Below, piece by piece: positions 8,761-17,591 of a stretch of 64,000 nucleotides of DNA; positions within the stretch are counted from its first letter, which is position 1; every line of letters begins with the position of its first letter. The notes beneath the pieces are model-generated. The model saw only the letters and a list, made by a program, of their open reading frames with translations, was not told where the DNA came from and did no database searches. Origin of the DNA: a virus (taxonomy: Duplodnaviria > Caudoviricetes); IMG/VR virus record IMGVR_UViG_3300025706_000001, positions 1 through 64,000 of that record; one strand, given 5' to 3'. The position numbers and the translations under genes were made by a program.

Positions 8761-8779
8761 GGCGGACTTTCTCAGTGTT

Positions 8780-9709
8780 TCAAAACAGTCGATCAATCAA
8801 TTCGACAAGATACGTCGTATCCACCCGCGACGGATCTCGCTCTTTCAGCTTCGCCAATATCTCCTGGAAGTATGCGGTGTCAACGCCGGTCAGTTGTTCT
8901 TCCAAAACCGACGGATCTTTCAGGTCGAGTTCGTTTAGCTGCATGGCCATCTTCAGGTATTGGCCGGCAGTGATGGACCAATTCCTCTTGATGAACTTTC
9001 TCGTTCGGATGATGGAACACAGCGGATACTTGCTTCCGACGTAGCGAAGTTCACGAGCAAGCAGTGCTTCCAAAGCCTCCGGACGCAAGACAAGATTTTT
9101 GTCCCAGCTTGTCCAGTAGTTCGTACAATGCACGAAATCGTAGTTGGCGTGGATCTCGTCTGGGTTGCCAAAAAACCGCGTCACCAGTTGAATTTGATGG
9201 CTCAGCGTGATCGCGTTCGTCGAAAGAAAGACGGGGCGGTACTTCGGCTTCTTCTCTTCTTCGGCCTGCTCCTTGTCCTTCAGCACGTTCGTCGCTGCGT
9301 CAACGCAATCGGCCGCGTCCGTGCTACCGGGGTCCATGTCGCCCTCGAAATACTTGTAGCCTTCGTCACCGTTTTCGCTTGCAACGCCAGCAGACTTGAC
9401 GATCGTTCTTATGCGATCCGGAAGTGTATCATCAACGAAGACCTCCACGCTTTTGCCGTTCTTGAATCTTGGCGGCGGGTTGTCTCTGAATTTGGCGACA
9501 AAGTATCGCGCCACTGCCAGTGTCGCTTTTCTTGTTCGGAAGTACAAATCAAAGTCGTTCACGTCTTCACGCAGCAGCATCGAAGCAATCGCGCCGCCCG
9601 TGACGATGGTGTTTTGCTCGACAAGCGACCGAACGGACTTGTCTTCGATGTGTTCTGCGAAATCCGCAATTTTGCGACTAAGCACTGACTTGATGTTTTT
9701 GGCTTTCAT
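8780..9709 (-). CDS. nucleotidyltransferase (Pol-beta superfamily; CCA/poly(A) polymerase head-like)
   Basis: VTGGAIASMLLREDVNDFDLYF (GG..DxD), YDFVHC, ALLARELRYVG, YPLCSIIRTRKF echo class II NTase motifs. Confidence 0.7.
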   Translation of the reverse strand: MKAKNIKSVLSRKIADFAEHIEDKSVRSLVEQNTIVTGGAIASMLLREDVNDFDLYFRTRKATLAVARYFVAKFRDNPPPRFKNGKSVEVFVDDTLPDRIRTIVKSAGVASENGDEGYKYFEGDMDPGSTDAADCVDAATNVLKDKEQAEEEKKPKYRPVFLSTNAITLSHQIQLVTRFFGNPDEIHANYDFVHCTNYWTSWDKNLVLRPEALEALLARELRYVGSKYPLCSIIRTRKFIKRNWSITAGQYLKMAMQLNELDLKDPSVLEEQLTGVDTAYFQEILAKLKERDPSRVDTTYLVELIDRLF

Positions 9710-9759
9710 GTCGAAACCTGCTGTGATTTAAGAGGTTGTCCCGAGTATTTGAGTTGTGT

Positions 9760-9960
9760 TCAAAATGTCGTGCAGTCCTTCCGTAGCCCGCTGCCACGGC
9801 AGTTTGGGCACGGACCTGGCTCTTCAGTGTCCCATCCATGACGACCGGACGATTCTGCAACGGAATCAACCCATCCTTCGCCGCCACACGTATGGCATGG
9901 CGGCTCGAACTCTTCGTCGAAGTCCTCGTCTTCGTCCAAGTCTTGACAGTCAATGCTCAT
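9760..9960 (-). CDS. small DnaJ-type zinc-finger protein
   Basis: two CxxCxGxG motifs (CHTCGGEG, CPNCRGSG). Confidence 0.65.
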   Translation of the reverse strand: MSIDCQDLDEDEDFDEEFEPPCHTCGGEGWVDSVAESSGRHGWDTEEPGPCPNCRGSGLRKDCTTF

Positions 9961-10351
9961 TGGGTTGCTCTTGGGTCAAAGGTTCAGTCTGGACTTCTGC
10001 TGGCACACCCGCGACTTCACTCGCGGTCGGCGTGGGTACGGGGGTGTTGTCGAGGACCAAGTTGAAGTCGCGAACGTCACGCCACTCGAACTCGTCCGAC
10101 CGCCGTTTGCGCCACATCTGCTTGATGCCGGTGATACCCCCATTGTCGTCACGAACCATTCGGATCTCAAGTGTCGGGTGAAATCCGCTTTGTTCAATGC
10201 CGTTGAACATCCGCAGCTTGTGGCGGAACGGGTCTTTCTTCTTGGCCGGGTCCTTTGGGGGCTTGGGCTTCTGTTTCTTCGCCTGTTTCTGCGGCTCGGG
10301 CGGCGGTGTTTCCTTTTTCGCCTGGATTCGTGCGGTAAGTGGTCCAGCCAC
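9950..10351 (-). CDS. hypothetical basic protein
   Basis: AGGAG RBS before GTG; K/P-rich N-terminus. Confidence 0.6.
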   Translation of the reverse strand: MAGPLTARIQAKKETPPPEPQKQAKKQKPKPPKDPAKKKDPFRHKLRMFNGIEQSGFHPTLEIRMVRDDNGGITGIKQMWRKRRSDEFEWRDVRDFNLVLDNTPVPTPTASEVAGVPAEVQTEPLTQEQPNEH

Positions 10352-10446
10352 GGCGGTGCTCCTGATGATCTTGTTTTATCGGCCTCTCTACTGGTATGAT
10401 AGTAGGGCATGAATGCTGTCCTCAACCAGATTCCGAGGTATTTGCG

Positions 10447-12033
10447 ATGGACGACGAAGAATTCCTGGAAAGCGATCTCGACGGCGACGATCTTGACGGC
10501 GAAGTTGATGGCGTGCGATCGAACGTCATCAAGATTTACCCAAAGCAGCAGCTTTTCTACGAACTGGACTGCGGTATCCAGGGCTTCGTCGGCGGGCGTG
10601 GCATCGGCAAGACGAAGATCGGCTGCATCAAGATGATCTACTTGGCTCGCAATAAGCAGCCGTGGATGGTCATCTCGCCTGACGCGAACGTGATCGAGGA
10701 TACGACGTGGCCGTGCTTTGAGGAGACGGCGCAGGAGTTGGGGGTGTGGATTCGCGGGGTCAGGTCGCCGGTTCACCGCGCATGGATCAAAACATTCGAT
10801 GGGGGCGAAACAAACATCCTGTTCCGAGGTGCCGAGAAGCCTGAAAAGTTGCGTGGTCCTAGCAAGGCCGGGATCTGGTTCGACGAAGCCTCGATCATGG
10901 CCAGAGAAGCGTACCTGTATGCGATCCCTTGCTTGCGGTGCATGACGCCCACTGGCCCGAAGATGGGTCCGTGCTTGATGACCTTCACCCCCAAGGGACG
11001 AACGCATTGGACGTTCGACGTGTTCTTCGAGCCGGTAGACTTGGCCGAGGTGACGATCTTTGGGGAAGGACAGAAGAGGACGCCCGGCTTGTACGCCCCA
11101 GGGGATTATGTCGAGATCAGTGGTTCTTGGTACAAGGTCAGGGAAAAGTCGTCGCTGGTCACGGCAGCTACAACGGAAAGTCCGTTTCTTCCTCCAGAGT
11201 TCTACGAGACGTTGCGTGGTCAGTACAGTTCTGTTTTGGCGGCGCAAGAGCTTGGCGGTGAGTTTGTTGACATCCAAGGTTTGATGTTCCGTCGCGAGTG
11301 GTTCAGGTATTACGACACTGTTCCTGCGGACTGCATTCGGGTTCGATATTGGGATCTGGCAGGATCAGAGGCCGGTGGCGACTGGACAGTTGGGACATTG
11401 CTTGCGAAGTCGCCGGACGGACGGTTCTTCATCGAAGATGTCATTTCAGGCCAATGGTCGGCACTGGAACGCGACAGAAGGATGCAGGCCACGGCTGATC
11501 GAGACGCGATCATGTACAGCCCAGAGCCGATCATCTACATCGAGCAGGAAGGTGCAGGGGCAGGAAAGAGTCAGGTTCATCAGCAAATCCGCATGTTGGC
11601 GGGACATCCGGTTTACAAGGACATCCCAACTCGCGCCCGGACAGCTCAACAAAAAGAAGGCCAGAAAGTCCCAGGGTTTGCGAAGATCGTTCGCGCCAGA
11701 AATGTTAGTGCCCAGGTTGAAGCGGGCAATGTCTACCTACCGAAGAACGCACGGTGGTCCGAGCAATCTTTATCGGACATCGTTAGCTTTTATTGCGGAT
11801 TCCCAGAGACGAACCGTTGGGATGAGGTCGATTCACTGGCTGGCGCGTTCAACCGGATTCAAGAGCGAGCTGTCGCAAACCCAGATTCAATCATTGCCAT
11901 GTCTGGCAAGTCACGGATCGGCGACAAGTATGGTCAGGGCCTTGGTGGTGGGTTGGACATGCCGGGCTTCTTTGATGGGACGACGTTTCGGAAAACGCAT
12001 CCGGTGATCAACTTTGCGAGGCATCGGAACTGA
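10447..12033 (+). CDS. terL: terminase large subunit
   Basis: Walker A GGRGIGKT, LRGP, Walker B IWFDEAS, TFTPKG, nuclease RYWDLAGS..DWTVG and WDEVDSLAGAF; GAGG RBS. Confidence 0.93.
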   Translation: MDDEEFLESDLDGDDLDGEVDGVRSNVIKIYPKQQLFYELDCGIQGFVGGRGIGKTKIGCIKMIYLARNKQPWMVISPDANVIEDTTWPCFEETAQELGVWIRGVRSPVHRAWIKTFDGGETNILFRGAEKPEKLRGPSKAGIWFDEASIMAREAYLYAIPCLRCMTPTGPKMGPCLMTFTPKGRTHWTFDVFFEPVDLAEVTIFGEGQKRTPGLYAPGDYVEISGSWYKVREKSSLVTAATTESPFLPPEFYETLRGQYSSVLAAQELGGEFVDIQGLMFRREWFRYYDTVPADCIRVRYWDLAGSEAGGDWTVGTLLAKSPDGRFFIEDVISGQWSALERDRRMQATADRDAIMYSPEPIIYIEQEGAGAGKSQVHQQIRMLAGHPVYKDIPTRARTAQQKEGQKVPGFAKIVRARNVSAQVEAGNVYLPKNARWSEQSLSDIVSFYCGFPETNRWDEVDSLAGAFNRIQERAVANPDSIIAMSGKSRIGDKYGQGLGGGLDMPGFFDGTTFRKTHPVINFARHRN

Positions 12034-12040
12034 CTGTTCA

Positions 12041-12080
12041 AATAAAAAACGCCTGCCGAGATTACCCTATCTCAGCAGGC
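12041..12080 (-). terminator. rho-independent terminator (possibly bidirectional)
   Basis: GCCUGCUGAGAU-AGGGUA-AUCUCGGCAGGC followed by GUUUUUUAUU on the minus strand, between convergent units. Confidence 0.85.
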
Positions 12081-12086
12081 TTTGGT

Positions 12087-12424
12087 GAACGTCGGGGATC
12101 ATCAAGGGACCAACGCTTTCCGTTTAATCCGCCGTTTCAGTCTTACACACAACGTCTTACGATTTGACCACGGGCGCGATGTTGTCCCAAGAGCGCCCGC
12201 CCCGAATTGCACGGGGATCTTTGTGTCATCAATCAGCGGAGTTCGATTTGGTCCGCGACGCTCGGTTTTCAATCTGTAGCAAGAGCTTCGTACTGATCGC
12301 GCCTTGACTGCCGCTCTTCTTTTGGCGTACCCGGCCCAAAGGTGAAAGTGGCCGGCGCAGGACTTAAACCTACATCCACAGTCGTGGCATTGTCAGTCTG
12401 ACTCTGAAGCTAAGATTGTGCTAC
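12087..12424 (-). ncRNA. two-armed structured RNA carrying two circularly permuted tRNA-like modules (Y-RNA/YrlA-like topology)
   Basis: module 1 at 12306-12383, module 2 at 12147-12226; each reads anticodon-stem strand, variable loop, T arm, loop-closed acceptor stem, D arm, anticodon-stem strand; both sit on long multi-stem arms. Confidence 0.8.
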
Positions 12425-13146
12425 TCTCCTTTGAATACGAAATCGAGGATTCTCTTGCCGATGTGCTGTTCGGCCACGTCGGCGGAATTTGCTGCCTCAC
12501 GGGCTTTGACGACGGCCTCGTGAAGTTGCCGCACGCGGTCAAGCATGGCGGCCTTGTCGGCAGCCTTCAACGCACCAGAGAACTTGATCGTCTTCCAGTT
12601 GCCGACGACCACATCCTCAGTGAACATCTCGACCTGTGCAGGGTGTTCCTTGGTGGCCTCGTACTTCACGAATGCCTTCGGGATCTTTTTGGACTTGACG
12701 CTTTCCGACGGCGCGGATGCGTAGCAGTTGGCGCTGTCATCCCAGTGCCACTGTTCTGCCGGGTCCAGGACTGGCAACTTGCTGACAAATGTCGTCAGGT
12801 CGGTCAGTTGCTTCTCCAGAAACAGCAGGTAGGTAACTGGCACACCCGGCGCAATGTCCCCGACGTTGCTGTTGGCAAGCGTGTTGGCCACGTCCTGCGT
12901 CAGAACGGTGTCGAACATCTCGGTCAGAGGCCCGGTGACAGATTCCAAGATTGCTGTCACGCTGGCTTGGGCCGTCTTGGATTCTGACGGGAATCGCTCG
13001 CCTTCATCGTCTCGCGGCGTGTACGTCCGGCTGATACCATTGAACAGCTCGGCTTTCTGAATGGCGTGATAGGCGTTGGTGATCGCCTCGGTCGCCAATT
13101 TCTTTTTGGCGGCCACAACCGCCACGACCTGATTCAGTTTCCCCAT
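12421..13146 (-). CDS. uncharacterised conserved protein (MxKLNQ.. type) directly upstream of the ncRNA
   Basis: 241-aa helical protein: GISRTYTPRDDEGERFPSESK, PVTYLLFLEKQL, YEATKEHPAQV, FSGAL; AAAGG RBS. Confidence 0.8.
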   Translation of the reverse strand: MGKLNQVVAVVAAKKKLATEAITNAYHAIQKAELFNGISRTYTPRDDEGERFPSESKTAQASVTAILESVTGPLTEMFDTVLTQDVANTLANSNVGDIAPGVPVTYLLFLEKQLTDLTTFVSKLPVLDPAEQWHWDDSANCYASAPSESVKSKKIPKAFVKYEATKEHPAQVEMFTEDVVVGNWKTIKFSGALKAADKAAMLDRVRQLHEAVVKAREAANSADVAEQHIGKRILDFVFKGE

Positions 13147-13257
13147 GCTGCACCTTTCGTAAGATTGAACTTGATTCTTCCGGCCATGTCATCGGCCGTC
13201 ACGTCCTCGTACAACAGGATTGTAGTCGTCATGTTGTCAGGCTGAAACCAGAAAACC

Positions 13258-13533
13258 TCAAAAATCCAGCCGTCTCTGGCGATCCCGTGAGTCCAACTTC
13301 GTCGGCTCGTTAGCAACAGGCGAAACCGCCTGCTTCGCTTTGGCCAGATTGTCCCATCGTGTCAAAAGCAGCCATTCGCCAATCTTCACTACCACCGCGC
13401 CTTTTCCCTTATTCATTTCCTCGCCAACCGCTTCCTTCCTGGTAACATACTGTTTCCAAACCCGATGCGGGTCATTGGCCCGGCAGATGGAACACTCCAG
13501 GTTCTTCGGGATAGTGATTTGCTGGCGAGCCAT
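13258..13533 (-). CDS. small Zn-ribbon hypothetical protein
   Basis: CSIC motif; probable start MARQQ. Confidence 0.5.
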   Translation of the reverse strand: MARQQITIPKNLECSICRANDPHRVWKQYVTRKEAVGEEMNKGKGAVVVKIGEWLLLTRWDNLAKAKQAVSPVANEPTKLDSRDRQRRLDF

Positions 13534-13537
13534 TGGT

Positions 13538-13723
13538 TCACCTTGGACTTTTGTTCGGCAGCGAGCCAATCTTCGGCAGGTGCAGAGGGTTTTCGGCCCA
13601 AGAGAGCTTCATTCGTCTTGGTACACACTGACGACAGGCTGGGACAATCTTTCCGTCCGATGTACGAATCAAGACGATCTGTGGTGGATGTCCACAAAAG
13701 ACACACTTGTCGGCTCGCGTCAC
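13538..13723 (-). CDS. small Zn-binding hypothetical protein
   Basis: CVFC...CRQC; overlapping stop/start with the upstream gene. Confidence 0.5.
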   Translation of the reverse strand: MTRADKCVFCGHPPQIVLIRTSDGKIVPACRQCVPRRMKLSWAENPLHLPKIGSLPNKSPR

Positions 13724-14373
13724 TTCGTCTTCTCCTTCCTAAGTACGGCAATCTCGTCCAGTAATTCTGCAACTGTTTCGTTTACCCATCCAGAGACCCC
13801 TGGGGCAGACCAGTTATTTCCGTATCGAGCGTAGATATGCCCATTGATTTGAAACTGAGTGTCTGGCGTCTTGCCTTTGGTTCGCTCGATCTTATTGCAT
13901 TTGTGAGTCCCGATAATGCAGTCGGCAAAGAAAGTAAAGACAACCAAAAGCAGATGGGCTTGTTTGATCGAATCGACATTGTGCGGAAGGAGGACGGCCC
14001 CATTTTTTGGTCGCACAAAGTCGCGATCGTCGAGGTCGAGTCCGCAGGCGTCCCCAGGAACGTCGATGTGTTCTGATCCCCACTCGCCCCATTTGACACG
14101 AAGTGCTGTTCTCGGCTCGTATAACGGCCGTGCGTTCGGTCCCATCTTCTTCTTGTTGAAGCGATCATCTGGCGACTGGTCTGGATCGTACATGGCATTG
14201 AACCCGCAGCCGTCAAGCCACGCCCGACCCACGTTCTCGATTGCTGTGTTGCATTTCTCTTGCGTCAATCCCGATTCGGCAACGAGCACCTTCCATTCCG
14301 GCCAAAGCTGGATATGAAATCCTGCGCCGCTCATCTGGCCAGTCGGGCACAGTCCTTTGATGTGATAGTACAT
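13720..14373 (-). CDS. hypothetical protein
   Basis: 217-aa ORF in the operon. Confidence 0.65.
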   Translation of the reverse strand: MYYHIKGLCPTGQMSGAGFHIQLWPEWKVLVAESGLTQEKCNTAIENVGRAWLDGCGFNAMYDPDQSPDDRFNKKKMGPNARPLYEPRTALRVKWGEWGSEHIDVPGDACGLDLDDRDFVRPKNGAVLLPHNVDSIKQAHLLLVVFTFFADCIIGTHKCNKIERTKGKTPDTQFQINGHIYARYGNNWSAPGVSGWVNETVAELLDEIAVLRKEKTK

Positions 14374-14376
14374 GAC

Positions 14377-15246
14377 TTATTCAAGTCCTTTCAGTTGATT
14401 CCCAATCCACCACTGCCGCACATCCTTGAACTCGTCTGGTGGCATCAGGGTCTCGACCTTTCGATTCAGTGACTTGGCCAGCCGAGAGGCGGTAATGAGG
14501 CATCCTGCGAGTCCTGGCCAGCACACCAAGCATCCATTGCAGTTTGACGGGCACTGCTGGATCGACCCACGCTTCTCTGGCTTCAGGTCATTTTCCCCTA
14601 TCACGACGATTCGTTTTGGGTCGCGACGCTTCAAGTAGGCCGTCAGCACCGCAAGACCGCCGATGCAGGAAGGGCGGCCAAGGACAGACAAGCCGGCGTC
14701 GATTAGGGCCGCCACATCACTTGCGCCTTCCACAATGTACACCGTACCGTTTCCAATCCACCACCACTGCTTGCAGAAGACGCCAGCGTTACTGGTCCCG
14801 GCAAGAGTCTTTTTTGAACCATTGTCGTAGCGCCTGGTGATTCCTACGATTTCACCATTGATACCCCTGGACGGAAAGGACGCCCATTCAGTTCCATCAC
14901 AATCCCAGCCTATCCCGACGTACAAGTCGGCAAGAACATCTTTTGACACGCCAAGGACAGACGCCAGGGCGATTCGTTTGTCGGCAGCGCGTTTGTTCGT
15001 ACAGCACGTTTTGGCGATAGCTGCGGCATCTTTGCGTGGTCGTGGCGGCTTATCTGGTATATTGACGTGCGGCAGGGGCTCGGAAAGACGATGAATCCAA
15101 CCGCCAGACTCGACGGGACGATTGCTTTCCACCCTCATACAATGAACCAGATCGTCGGTGCGAGTACACCACGTTTCGTTTTGGCAAAGGGGACACTTAT
15201 GCCGTTTGGATACGCGGACCCACTTTGTCTTGTCGAACTGTCTCAT
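14377..15246 (-). CDS. primase-like protein (Zn finger + TOPRIM)
   Basis: CPLCQNETWC..HCMR Zn finger; YIVEGASDVAAL and IVVIGEND TOPRIM motifs; KDVRQW. Confidence 0.8.
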   Translation of the reverse strand: MRQFDKTKWVRVSKRHKCPLCQNETWCTRTDDLVHCMRVESNRPVESGGWIHRLSEPLPHVNIPDKPPRPRKDAAAIAKTCCTNKRAADKRIALASVLGVSKDVLADLYVGIGWDCDGTEWASFPSRGINGEIVGITRRYDNGSKKTLAGTSNAGVFCKQWWWIGNGTVYIVEGASDVAALIDAGLSVLGRPSCIGGLAVLTAYLKRRDPKRIVVIGENDLKPEKRGSIQQCPSNCNGCLVCWPGLAGCLITASRLAKSLNRKVETLMPPDEFKDVRQWWIGNQLKGLE

Positions 15247-15258
15247 GCCGATGCCCAA

Positions 15259-15573
15259 TCATGACTTGGTGCCTGCCAAGTAGTCGGCAATGGTTTGGAT
15301 CGCCTGACGGTATAGGGTCCGCTCTTCAGAAGTAAGGCAAATGTCAGTCGCGGACTGCAACTCGACAGGTCGCATCTCCTGAATGAGTGGCATCACGACC
15401 TGGGCATGTGGGTCCTTTAGTTTGTCAAGAAGGGCTTCGTTCGCCGCATCATTACTGGCCGGGTACTTCAAGATCATCGGGAAGCCGCTTCCTCGCTTGG
15501 TGACGGCCCGCGACAAGATGTCTATCACGCCAATGGCTAAGGAAACTTGGTTCGAGACGGTTTCGCTGGGCAT
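15259..15573 (-). CDS. hypothetical protein
   Basis: AAGGAG RBS. Confidence 0.6.
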   Translation of the reverse strand: MPSETVSNQVSLAIGVIDILSRAVTKRGSGFPMILKYPASNDAANEALLDKLKDPHAQVVMPLIQEMRPVELQSATDICLTSEERTLYRQAIQTIADYLAGTKS

Positions 15574-15615
15574 GTTGGCTCCCTTTTATTATCTGTGGTC
15601 CAGAAAGAACTTTTG

Positions 15616-15876
15616 CTATCCGGCAGATACGGCAAGGCCCAATTGCACGAGCCGACGAATCACGGTCTCGCCAGTAATGTGGTCGTAGTTCTCTGGTATG
15701 GACCGTGCGACTCCTCCACAATCGAAACACACGAACTTGTAGATGAACGGCCTGTTTGCTTCCAACAATCGCGTGCCCTCATTGGTTATCGCAGTCGGCG
15801 TGCAAATGCCCCACGAGGGCGACTCGCACTGACACGGCCGGATAACAGGCTGTTGCACGCCATCGTCCTCGATCAT
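15616..15876 (-). CDS. Cys-containing hypothetical protein
   Basis: CQC, CFDC; AAGGAG RBS. Confidence 0.6.
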   Translation of the reverse strand: MIEDDGVQQPVIRPCQCESPSWGICTPTAITNEGTRLLEANRPFIYKFVCFDCGGVARSIPENYDHITGETVIRRLVQLGLAVSAG

Positions 15877-15915
15877 GGTTGGCTCCTTTCGCCGCCGAGG
15901 CGTGAACCTCCGGCG

Positions 15916-16275
15916 TTATTCTGGCTGTTCGACAGGTCCCTTCGGCGGGGTTGAAAACAGATGCTCGAAGCTGAGGATATTGTCTTGGTTCAGGCCGTTT
16001 AGTGCTGCCAAATGATTCTCGTTCAGCTTACACAGCCCCATTGCTTCTGGAGCGTACCAAGAGTACCGGTGGGCGATTCGTGCGATCCACCGCAGGTCAT
16101 TGGAAGTCGGGGCAGAGTAGTCGTGCTTTTCCAGCCACCTGTCGAGCAAACTTAAAAAGATCTTGACCATCACGTCCGCGTGGACGCTCATGGCGATCTG
16201 TTTCATTTCTTCTGCGGAATTAGTGCCGATGATACGTGCTTTCATCTCGGCGGCGGCGAGTTCCTGTGGGGTCAT
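15916..16275 (-). CDS. hypothetical protein
   Basis: GAGG RBS. Confidence 0.65.
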   Translation of the reverse strand: MTPQELAAAEMKARIIGTNSAEEMKQIAMSVHADVMVKIFLSLLDRWLEKHDYSAPTSNDLRWIARIAHRYSWYAPEAMGLCKLNENHLAALNGLNQDNILSFEHLFSTPPKGPVEQPE

Positions 16276-16284
16276 GTTGTATCC

Positions 16285-16668
16285 TCAGTTAAGGAAGATG
16301 GATGGCATCCGTTCCCTCGCGGTAAGAATGGCATCGCAGTCCCAAAGGTGCTGAATGAGATGTTGAGAAATGAGGTTGTGCAGCGAGTCGTCTTGTGCGG
16401 CATCGAGTTGCTGATTGCACCACGCGCAGACACCACACCCCATGACCCTTGATTGGCCAAATGGTGTATGCAGTTCATTTAGGACAGCTTGGCTTGGAAT
16501 CCAGCACATGGCAACCGTGGCCTGCCGGCCGCAGATGGTGCAGCGAGCCTTGCCGCTTGATACCTGTTGAAGCGTCATCAGCTGGCAAACGGCAAGGGCT
16601 TGCGGGTCTGGGTACATGGGAATCTCCTCTGCCATGATTGTAGCCTGGTTGAGGATTTCCTGCATCAC
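16285..16668 (-). CDS. Zn-binding hypothetical protein
   Basis: CTIC...CAWC. Confidence 0.55.
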   Translation of the reverse strand: MMQEILNQATIMAEEIPMYPDPQALAVCQLMTLQQVSSGKARCTICGRQATVAMCWIPSQAVLNELHTPFGQSRVMGCGVCAWCNQQLDAAQDDSLHNLISQHLIQHLWDCDAILTARERMPSIFLN

Positions 16669-16802
16669 GAGCCGTAGAATTCTTGGTAAAAACCTTGGAT
16701 TCCGGATTGATCAAAAGGGTTTCCAGGACGTAAAATCGGGCTGCTGGCGGCGTGCGGCCGTCCAGCAGCCCTACCACAATCACCTTAACAAGGAAGGCGA
16801 TC

Positions 16803-17591
16803 ATGTCTGAAACCAATTCTACCGAAGTCTGGCGTCCAGTTGTAGGCTACGAGGGACTTTATGAAGTCTCGAACCTGGGGCGAGTCAGAAGCCTTGATGT
16901 CAGGGTTAATTGTGCCAACAATGCAACTCGGGTAAAGCGTGGCAAAGTGATCTATCAGCACGAAGATGACGATGGCCGCATGAGTGTCCACTTATGCAAG
17001 CTAAATCGTTCAAAAACAGTGCGAGTTCATCGACTTGTGCTTGAGGCGTTTGTGGGTTCGTGCCCAGATGGACTCCAATGCTGTCACTGGGACGGCAATG
17101 CCAGCAACAATCGGGTCGAAAATCTGCGATGGGGTACGCAAAAAGAGAACGAAAAAGATAAAGACCGGCACAAGAAAAGGCCACTTGGCGAGAAAGATGT
17201 TCATGCAAAATTAAAAAATTGGCAGGCCGCAGAGATACTTAATGGAATCGGAAAGACAACGGTAGTTAGCTTAGCAAGGAAGTTTGGGATTAGCGGGAGT
17301 ACTGTGTGTGGAATACAGACAGGTCAGATATGGAAGCATCTTCCCCGCCCAAGTGACCTTGAAAAAAGAAAGAAAATCTACCAGAATCACAAGTTAAATG
17401 AACAAAAGGCACAGGAAATTCGCAGCTTGCGAGGAGCCATGTCAGTGCATGAGATTGCGAGCATGTATGGAATTAGCAAGTGGAATGTATATCACATTTG
17501 GTCTTGCACTACGTGGAAGAATGCTGAAGAGGATTCAGGGACTTCCACGAATCCATCCACAGTTCGCGAGAAAGCTGATGCGAAGCTATGA
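16803..17591 (+). CDS. NUMOD4-HNH homing endonuclease with C-terminal HTH repeats
   Basis: EVWRPVVGYEGLYEVSNLGRVRS (NUMOD4), VHRLVLEAF..CCHWDGNASNNRVENLRW (HNH); opposite strand and more AT-rich than its surroundings. Confidence 0.92.
   Translation: MSETNSTEVWRPVVGYEGLYEVSNLGRVRSLDVRVNCANNATRVKRGKVIYQHEDDDGRMSVHLCKLNRSKTVRVHRLVLEAFVGSCPDGLQCCHWDGNASNNRVENLRWGTQKENEKDKDRHKKRPLGEKDVHAKLKNWQAAEILNGIGKTTVVSLARKFGISGSTVCGIQTGQIWKHLPRPSDLEKRKKIYQNHKLNEQKAQEIRSLRGAMSVHEIASMYGISKWNVYHIWSCTTWKNAEEDSGTSTNPSTVREKADAKL

Noticed and set aside
8690-8776. RNase P RNA (GAGAAAGUCCG, GGCAAACC)
   Set aside because: Only partial motif matches; no complementary 3' P4 strand found and the region is too short
9976-11277. 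433-aa minus-strand ORF
   Set aside because: Antisense shadow of terL in GC-rich DNA; Arg-rich with no motifs
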